Assembly (NCBI GenBank): GCA_001662655.1
Contig: KV460213.1
DNA length: 64,000 nt
Origin: Pseudogymnoascus verrucosus
Lineage: Eukaryota
Direction: 5' to 3' (one strand)
Shown: in pieces, positions 56,283-64,000 of the stretch
Numbering within the stretch: position 1 is the first letter of the stretch
Layout of the letters: the number at the start of each line of letters is the position of its first letter
Made by a program: the position numbers and the translations under genes
Notes under the pieces: model-generated
Databases searched by the model: none
What the model was told of the DNA's origin: nothing
The model's input: only the letters and a program-made list of their open reading frames with translations

Positions 56283-58454
56283 ATGTCCACCCTACTGTGC
56301 AATATGGAGATTGACCGACAAGGAGACTTGTGCGAAACATGTCGAAATATCGACCTCGACGCACTGCTCAAAGAGGACGGTATGTACCAAGCACAGCCCG
56401 TACTGTACCAGCCTCTAGCCCCCATCTCAGTCAAAGCGAGCTCTTCTTGTCCTCTATGTGAATTCTTTCTGTCCATGCTCAAAGATGAGGAGAGAGCGGG
56501 CGCAGATGCGGTATATTTGTTCATGGTGACTCGCTCGCAGCCGGCAACCGAGGAGACGTGGAAGAACCATGACGAACGAAGAAAACAAAGATGCTTCTTT
56601 GTCCAGACTAGTCCTGACCTTACTGGTCCTGGTCCTGAATGGCAAGAATGGGAGACGCCGGAGAGACCACGCTGTGACTTGGAGAGACCACGCGTAAATT
56701 ACAGCAAGTTACCGGACATGCCTGTGTTTATCGAGCACGAGAGAGTCGACTACGAACCACTGAGAGGCTGGTGCAAAAAGATCAGGGCACTCGAGACTGC
56801 ACGGACGGCTAAATTGCAGGGCTTGAAAGGTGTCGATGATGGAGCACTGCCAGTAAATGTCATTGACTGTCATACTCGCGAGATTGTACCAGTGCAAGCT
56901 CCATGTGAATATTTCACGTTGAGTTATGTTTGGGGTGCAACAACAGTGGCACCAGAGAGCTCATCAGGCAGTTCACTCCCCAGTCGGCTCCCCACTACAG
57001 TTGAGGACGCTATAACGGTAGTCAAGCAGCTTGGCTACCGTTACCTCTGGGTGGATAGGTACTGTCTGGACCAGAGCAATAAGGCCCAGTTTCAAACACA
57101 GTTGAACCAAATGGGTGACATATACAGAAACGGCGTGGCGGGCATCATCGCAGCAGCAGGCGGGGATTCTGACTACGGTTTGCCGGGAGTAAGCACTAGA
57201 GCCCGGACTAGACAACCTCGTGTCAGGATCGGAAACTACGTCTTGTGGTCTAACATGATGGACCCGCGCACCGTTGTGCGAAGAAGCAAGTGGATGACGC
57301 GAGCCTGGACCTATCAAGAAGGCATTTTTACGGCTAATTGGTTCGCCTTTACCGACGAACAGGTATTCTTCCAGAAATCTGACAACTCAACAATGGCCAA
57401 TAGGGAGCGATTGTGGAAGGTCTCATGTGAGATGTTCCCAAACGGCGGTATGGGGGTTGAAGCAAATTGCCCGCTCTTGAGAATGTCCGACAACAATATG
57501 TGGAGCAGTGAGGGATATATACATTTGAAACTTGAGGCATACACTTCTCGCAGTATAACGTATCCATCTGACGCTGTGAACGGCATGCTAGGCCTCCTAA
57601 AGAGATGCGGAAATGGGCCATATCCTATGAACCATTATTTCGGAGTTCCGATCCTGGGGCCTCTACTAAATCATCGAATTTCGATGGCACGAGATACTAC
57701 ACGAAGTTGGACATTAACAAAGGCATTCGTAGTGGGTCTCTGTTGGACATCTGAGAATACCGGACTTCGCAGACTGGAGTTCCCATCTTGGTCGTGGGCT
57801 GGGTGGAAAACCAGCTATGCAAGACCGAGTCATGGAACACTCTGTGACGGAATAACACTTGCTGACGATTTCAAACTATCAGTACAGACAAAGCAAGGCT
57901 TGGTTGACTGGGAAGTAATGTGCTATGCAAAAAGCTGGGGCCTCGACGAAGACACCAGCCTGTTGCCTAGAGAACTCTACATTGAAGCTCCCACTATTAC
58001 GGTCACCATTTGCCAAGATCCTAGAAGTATGGCAAGCGATTGGGCATCGGCGGCGACTGGCCATGCTTCGATTCTTAAATCTATGGGCTGGTGCGCAATG
58101 TTTTCTGACGCAGACTGTGACGTGTTGGTCAAGGTGAATTTAGTAGATGCTGAAACGGTATCAAAACTTACAACTCTTGGCTCCATGACCCTGAAAGGGG
58201 TTATTCTGCGGCGGGAATTTATCTTTGCCCTGCTAGTACTCGAAACCAACGAAGCAGCTATAAGAGTCGGAAGCCTAACGCTAGTGGACTACTTCGTTCG
58301 TTGGAAGACCGATGTCCAGCATCATAATGTACAGGCCAGTGAATACTGGAATAACTCAGGGCGAATTTCACACATGCATTGCCCAGAATGTAAACAGCGA
58401 GCATTTCAGAGTATTATACCTAGCGAGACGACGGAAGTGACTAGGGTGCAGTAA
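56283..58454 (+). CDS. HET-domain (heterokaryon incompatibility) protein, intronless; start may be 56304
   Basis: VIDC..REIV, YFTLSYVWG, LPTTVEDAI..LGYRYLWVDRYCLDQ, MGDIY, WMTRAWTYQEG, FPSWSWAGW. Confidence 0.93.
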   Translation: MSTLLCNMEIDRQGDLCETCRNIDLDALLKEDGMYQAQPVLYQPLAPISVKASSSCPLCEFFLSMLKDEERAGADAVYLFMVTRSQPATEETWKNHDERRKQRCFFVQTSPDLTGPGPEWQEWETPERPRCDLERPRVNYSKLPDMPVFIEHERVDYEPLRGWCKKIRALETARTAKLQGLKGVDDGALPVNVIDCHTREIVPVQAPCEYFTLSYVWGATTVAPESSSGSSLPSRLPTTVEDAITVVKQLGYRYLWVDRYCLDQSNKAQFQTQLNQMGDIYRNGVAGIIAAAGGDSDYGLPGVSTRARTRQPRVRIGNYVLWSNMMDPRTVVRRSKWMTRAWTYQEGIFTANWFAFTDEQVFFQKSDNSTMANRERLWKVSCEMFPNGGMGVEANCPLLRMSDNNMWSSEGYIHLKLEAYTSRSITYPSDAVNGMLGLLKRCGNGPYPMNHYFGVPILGPLLNHRISMARDTTRSWTLTKAFVVGLCWTSENTGLRRLEFPSWSWAGWKTSYARPSHGTLCDGITLADDFKLSVQTKQGLVDWEVMCYAKSWGLDEDTSLLPRELYIEAPTITVTICQDPRSMASDWASAATGHASILKSMGWCAMFSDADCDVLVKVNLVDAETVSKLTTLGSMTLKGVILRREFIFALLVLETNEAAIRVGSLTLVDYFVRWKTDVQHHNVQASEYWNNSGRISHMHCPECKQRAFQSIIPSETTEVTRVQ

Positions 58455-58823
58455 AGGGGTTATAGCATGCCAGCCTAATATATATAATTACAAGCAATAT
58501 TATTATCAGTGGCGTGGCGAGAACATGAATGAATATGGTGGATTGCCGGAGCAGCTGAGTGTCTCACTACCATGTCTAGGTAGTAATAGACGATTAAACC
58601 ACAACAAGAAGGCATTAGTGGTCTAGTGGTACTAATCCATAAATTACACCTTGTTTTTAGCCCCAAAATTCCAGTTTACCATCTCCTGGTTTGTCCTTTC
58701 TCAAGTCATGGAAAAGCAGCGATGTTTAACACTCGGCTTCTCATAGAATTCGACACGGGGACCCGTGATTTCAAGCCTAGTAATTGGCTCAGAGCATCCA
58801 TCTCCTTATATTCTTCTCCGCTT

Positions 58824-59457
58824 ATGGCGGCGCATGAAAAATACGAAACTTTGGTTGATTCTGAAAGCTACCAAAGTCCTCAAAAGGCCGCATCCCTTGT
58901 CTGCGAATCATGCGAGCATTTTCGTGGAAACGTGGTATGGTTACTCGATTCATAAACTCCGTCTGCAATCACGATGCCATCTGTTCGATAATTTGCCCCG
59001 AGGCGCAGGATTTAAGCCCAATAATTAGTTTGTAACTCTACCTCCCCGCCGACTCCTAGCCAATGTCCGCATTTTACCACCGCCATCCATCCCTGCAGAT
59101 ACTGAATGCAACAATGGAAACTCGCACTGTTACCTCAAAATTGGGTCAAGGTAGTTATATTTACATAGTAGGTCCTCAGTCTTTTGTTTCTAGTTTCGAT
59201 TCAAGGTTTTGGGTTTCGATGTTGACGGTTTTGAATTTCCGATGACGAACTCGTGTCCCAAGCTTAGTAGCTTGCCTTGACCGAATTTGTTAATCACTAA
59301 ATAGCCAAATTCTTGTGAGCGCCGACATGAGGCAGGCTCTTGTCCCAAAACCCGCCCATGGGTCATAGTTACGGGATCTCTGCACCCCATTTTGTATAGC
59401 CTTAAGAAGGAAACTTTGGACGTGAATATCTGCTTGTGTGACAAGCAAGTTTTTTAA
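58824..59457 (+). pseudogene. Possible 5' relic of a second HET-domain gene
   Basis: Fragments LVCESCEHF, LRLQSRCHL and NSCERRHEAGSCPK...LDVNICLC echo the Cys motifs and 'W..C...H..C...LIDV..C' segment that precede HET domains. The sequence is broken by stops and frameshifts and ends at an AT-rich tract. Confidence 0.25.
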
Positions 59458-59712
59458 CCACATATCGAACGTATAGCGTTTTTATAGGCTACTTACTATG
59501 TAAACCACTTATACTGCTTATATATAAAATATATTATATAATTAAAGAGTATGCAGGTTTGCAAGAAATGGTGTAATTTATATAAGTCGTTTATGAGTAA
59601 TATTATAAGTAATTGAAGTCATGAAGTTTTGTTTACAGGTGGGTTTTAAATTCAGTTAATAACAGTAGCCTAGTTCTCTACGACTACCCTATCACGATCC
59701 AACCTTCATTTT

Positions 59713-61488
59713 TCAAACATCGCGAATCGTTTCAACTTGCCGAGCTTGACCTTCTTGCTGATTCACAGCCATCATTTTCTCGTCTATGGCAAGATCGATC
59801 TCTTCCGCATTTCTATTTCCGTACATACCTATCTTGTACCATGGGAGGGAAAAGAGGCGGTCCATGCTCTCAAGATCACGACCCGCAGTCTCAGGGACAG
59901 TAACGACGACCCACACAAAACCAGCGATGGTGATGACAGCGAAGAACCAAAAAGTACCAGCCGGATCTATACCGCCTAGATGTTTAGGAAGAAGCATGTT
60001 GGGCAACGCACGCGAGCTGCCATATTGGTTCGCGAAGTGGAAGCACATCACGAGCGAGGTGGACATAGCTCGAATGCGGAGAGGAAACAGCTCAGCTGTG
60101 AGAACATATTGCATGGAATTCCAGCCGAGCGCCCATCCAAAACCGGAGAGGAAGATCATGAAAATAGCACCCTTGCTTACTGGCGTCTGAGATGGCGCAA
60201 GTTTGAATGTGCTTATAGTGCCTAGTTGTGGAACGGCAGTGAGGAAGCTGGCAATGTAAATCATCGAGATGGCTTGCAGGGCGATACCAATAAGGAGAGA
60301 GCGCTTCCGACCTATAACATCGACGAGGAAGAGCGCGCAAATGATCGCGCCAACTAGCTTGACGATTCCGAAGACAGCAGTGACAAGAAGCCCTTCATTT
60401 GTGCCAGTAACGCCGATGAGGGCAAATAGACTAGGAGCATACAGAGTGATGGAACCTGCACCTGACCATTGGGAAAGAATTTGGGCCATGAGGCCTAGAT
60501 AGATGCGGTAGAGGTTACTGGGTACCAAAAACATCTCCTTCACAACACCGAGCCAGCCCTGGCCTAAAGTGGCCTCTTGCTCTTCTTGCAACTGGAATCG
60601 GATGTTGTTGATTTCTTGGAGGACGTATGCGTTGTCTCGTGGGAGGTTACGCACGCGAGACATATTTATAATGGCTTCTTCATCTTTGCCAATCTTGACG
60701 AGGTAGCGAGGGGACTCGTATTGGGTGAAAGAGAGCAGGAACACAATGCCAGCAAACATGATGTGCAAGCTAGTGGGAAGCTCCTAAAATGACGTTAGCA
60801 TAACACAAATAAGCGGTCTGTAAGAGGCGTACCCATCGTGCGTGGGTGTGCTCGCCGATATTCACAGATGCGCCATAGTTGGCAAAGTAGGCAATGACAA
60901 TGCCCAGGTAGACAAATCCAGTGAAAACACAAGTGCAAAGACCGCGAATGGATGCCGGTGCTATCTCAGCGAGATAGACAGGGGCCACAACAACGGTCTG
61001 ACCGACGCCTAATCCAGCAATGAATCGTCCCGCATAGACAGCGCCGAGGTTTCCGCCGTTACCCATGAAAATAGCGATACCGACAATCCAGATAATACAC
61101 AGCTGTCGAGTTGCCCAGAGACGACCGATACGATCGCAGACGAGGAATGCACTAGAAGATGATAATAGGTTAGAAGATGGTTAAAGATGGAGATGGAGAC
61201 AATAACTTACAAGAGGGCTCCACCAACAGAGCCGATCTGGACCATAGCAGAGACATTAGCTTTAATGTTTGTCTGTTCGTGAACGCTATAGCTTTGGTAA
61301 TTGATAGAGTTCTGGAAATTCTTCGAGTTGAAAGCACCGCCAATGAGACCTTCATCGACACCACGGGCGGCACCCATGAGGCCAAAGGAAAAGACAGCAA
61401 GCCATAGCCGCCAATTGAAAATTTCCTTTGGCTCGCCTAGGTCCTTGAGCCTAAAGATATTGACGGGTTTTTTAATGCCGCCAGCCAT
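59713..61488 (-). CDS. MFS sugar porter family transporter, quinate permease-like, 3 exons
   Basis: MGAARGVDEGLI, CDRIGR, GRFIAGLGVG..PVYLAEIAP..RG, YESPRYL, SQWSGAGSIT, VPETAGRDLESMD. Confidence 0.92.
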
Positions 61489-63078
61489 GTTAGATATAAT
61501 CGAGTCTGTGTTATAAGTGACAGAAGAAGTCGCTCGGCTATAGGTAAGGTTGATAAAGTAGGAGATGCGCCTAGGACCCTGAGAAGACGGTGGGTTGTAG
61601 ACTTATATAGCTTGTGGCACTGTAACGTTGGTACGCACTTCCCCACTTTCTTGTGCTCCCTCCAACTCTTCCCGCGTGCCAGCCGAATGCAGCATGGTAA
61701 GGAGCCAGTCAAGTGGGTTCGAACGCGGGGAAAGGCTAGATACGATCGGCGCGCCTAGTTTATCCTTTCCCCGCTTGAAAAAGCTCCTTCCGAATGAATA
61801 AGGAAGTCATTGCAGGCAGGAGCCGACATATATCGAATCATAAACGAGATAGGAGGCACTAGAATATGTCTGTATACCTCACTCATAGAATCTTCCGTCT
61901 TCAAATCACAATCACGCTAGAGAATATAGCAAGGCATGGGAATGGCGGGGTTAATATGGAGAAGGTGTAATATTAACTGGGCGGACAGTGTTCGGAAAGT
62001 CGCCGAGCAGTAGCTTCAAGTTCGTTGTCCCCTGCCCATGTGGGGTCTCCGAGTTGGTGATCAGCAACATCGGTGTGGTCTTAGACCACCAGCGAACGCC
62101 GAGCATGAACCTGTTTGCCGCTATGTACGAACATAACCACTATTTGGGAGGTAGGAATAATGTCTCGGGCAGAATCGGAAATTGTAATTCGAGAAAGATT
62201 CTTGTTTGTAGAATGATTGAATCTACAAAATCGGTCATCCCGAACGTGTACTGAGCTACCCCGCTCTGCGCTAAGGGGTTCTCTTATTTCCGCGGGGCCT
62301 TCGCGCAACTAATATGAACTAAGCAAATCACTAGCCTCGCTAATGAAGACAAGCAATGCTAAGCAATGCCATCAACGTTCGAAACGCATGGCGGAGACTT
62401 TACCCCACATTACTCCGAATCGTCCCCCGCCTTACCCAATTACCACTGCTTGTCGATCAAATTTTTCGGAGAAATTGTCTGTATTCTTTCCTTCATTCCT
62501 TGATGTACTTGTCACCGACATTGGTTAGAAGGTATTGTATATGTAGAGATGAGTAGGGAATATTTTCATAGGAGCTGATGCGCCCTTTAATATCGTCAAG
62601 CTAATTTGAGGAGATGGTACTTAAGGAAGCTACTAGCGGCAAATTATAGCTCATCATATTTGGTGCTATAGGACCTACTGGGATCGTTCTTCGAGGTCTC
62701 ATTAGCGCTATCTTCACCCCTCCCCCTAACGCTATAAACGAAAATCGTATTGGGGTGCAGTGCTTGAATAAGCACCACAATATGCAGAACAGTGAATAGA
62801 GATGCAAAATATAGGTTAGTAGAATCCAAGCCGTGTTTTTCTCCACTTTCTGCTCTGATTTCTTTTGGTTTGCAAACACGGCAAGTGATGACGGCAATTG
62901 AACTATCGACCCTGTGGTCACCAACTCAACCACTACTACCCTTAAAAGTATCAAATCATATGGCTATAAGTGCGGACAAGTCTGCCAAAGATGAATAGTA
63001 TCATATGCTACAACAAGATCACTTTCAAATCAAAGACTGAGATCCATCACTTCAGATCATTACGAGGCGCTTTATAAG

Positions 63079-64000
63079 ATGAAGGTTCTCACGATAACTG
63101 TCCTCGCAGCTTTTCTAGCAGCATCTACTTCGGCTCAAAGCAGTGCTATAATCTATTCTGTAGCGACATCCATTCCTTGGAGTCCAAAGGCTCCCTCATC
63201 AGTCGATCAAAGTGTGGTCTACAATGACACGTACTATCTATCAGACCGCACTAATGCTGGGGTAAGTATTGTATTCCTATTGCTCGGTTTACCTCTTCAC
63301 ACTTTTGATAGGTACACGTTGTCTCCCTTATCAACAAGACGCAGACCAAACTTATCACGGGTTTCTCGACTGGCCTTGTTAAGGGAAAGCTCAGCTCCTC
63401 CATATCCGGCCCGGACGGCATGATTGTTCTCCCCTCTCGCAACGAACTCTGGGTTGGCGACGGCGATGGCACCATCAAGATCATTGATCTCTTCAATTCC
63501 ACCATCATCGCCTCCATCAACACAACTTCCACTAAGCGTGCAGACGAATTCGCCTATGACCCCACCAACAACATCGTAGTCGTCACGAACCCTAACGAAA
63601 AAATCCCATATGTGTCTGTCATCTCGGCCACAAAGCGCACAGTACTCGGCCGAATCATGTTCCCAAATGTCACAGAACTCGAGCAGCCTGCATTCAATCC
63701 CGCTAACGGCTTATTCTATGTCTCCGTGCCATCTTCAGGGGCGCATCCAGGCGGATCGATCTGTACGCTGGATATTGCGGGTCTGTCGATTGCGCAGACG
63801 TACCCGATCCCTGACTGCGTTCCTGCTGGCATTATCTTTGGACCGACGAACCACCTCTTTATCGGATGCTCTGGATCACAAATTACAGACTATGGATACG
63901 CTGCCTCGTATATTATGGATGTTTCCACCGGCAAAATAATATCAAACGTCTCTAGCCTTGCTGGGGTTGACCAGGTTGCCTACGATTCTACGGCGAACTT
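63079..64000 (+). CDS. Secreted beta-propeller (YVTN/YncE-like) protein, 3' end outside the window
   Basis: Signal peptide MKVLTITVLAAFLAASTSA. Blade-like repeats YYLSDRTN, GPDG..ELWVGDGDG, RADEFAYDP, LEQPAFNP, CVPAG..FIGC, GVDQVAYD. One intron at about 63263-63311. Confidence 0.8.

Noticed and set aside
61500..62400. CreA (SYGGRG) sites upstream of the quinate-permease-like gene
   Set aside because: Several matches exist, but the degenerate hexamer is too frequent to support a call without conservation data.
1..64000. Starship-type giant element or intact transposon carrying the accessory genes
   Set aside because: No tyrosine-recombinase captain, transposase, reverse transcriptase, TIR or LTR is visible. 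An element boundary outside the window cannot be excluded.

Overview
Intron-rich DNA from a filamentous ascomycete (GT-AG introns with CTRAC-type branch points, Zn2Cys6 regulators, a HET-domain gene, a PTH11-like receptor). The genus cannot be fixed from this window. The first ~9 kb holds a ferric reductase 3' end, a nitronate monooxygenase-family gene, a conserved hypothetical gene, a small His-rich secreted protein and a BBE-like FAD oxidase. The rest is an accessory-type region of catabolic genes mixed with decayed genes. The main result is two candidate self-regulated catabolic gene clusters, each defined by its own promoter motif visible in the sequence. Cluster A (11.3-24.9 kb): sugar porter, Gfo/Idh/MocA dehydrogenase, two NmrA-like reductases, a Zn2Cys6 TF and an intracellular GH5 (GH5_22-like), with six intergenic copies of CGAYAYTCCGC, two of them inside an exact 20-bp repeat. 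Cluster B (30.8-41.8 kb): a secreted beta-helix glycosidase (GH136-like by inference), a TF with two Zn2Cys6 domains, a sugar porter and an intronless cytoplasmic sulfamidase-like sulfatase (CxAxR motif), sharing the site CGGRTCGATAYCCG. Cluster B looks like a fungal analogue of a bacterial sulfated-glycan utilisation locus. Downstream are GH43 (internal stop), DUF5695-like, GH78, esterases, PTH11-like, HET, a quinate-permease-like MFS and a partial secreted beta-propeller. No RNA genes, CRISPR arrays or intact transposons were seen. Family calls come from recalled motifs, not database searches.
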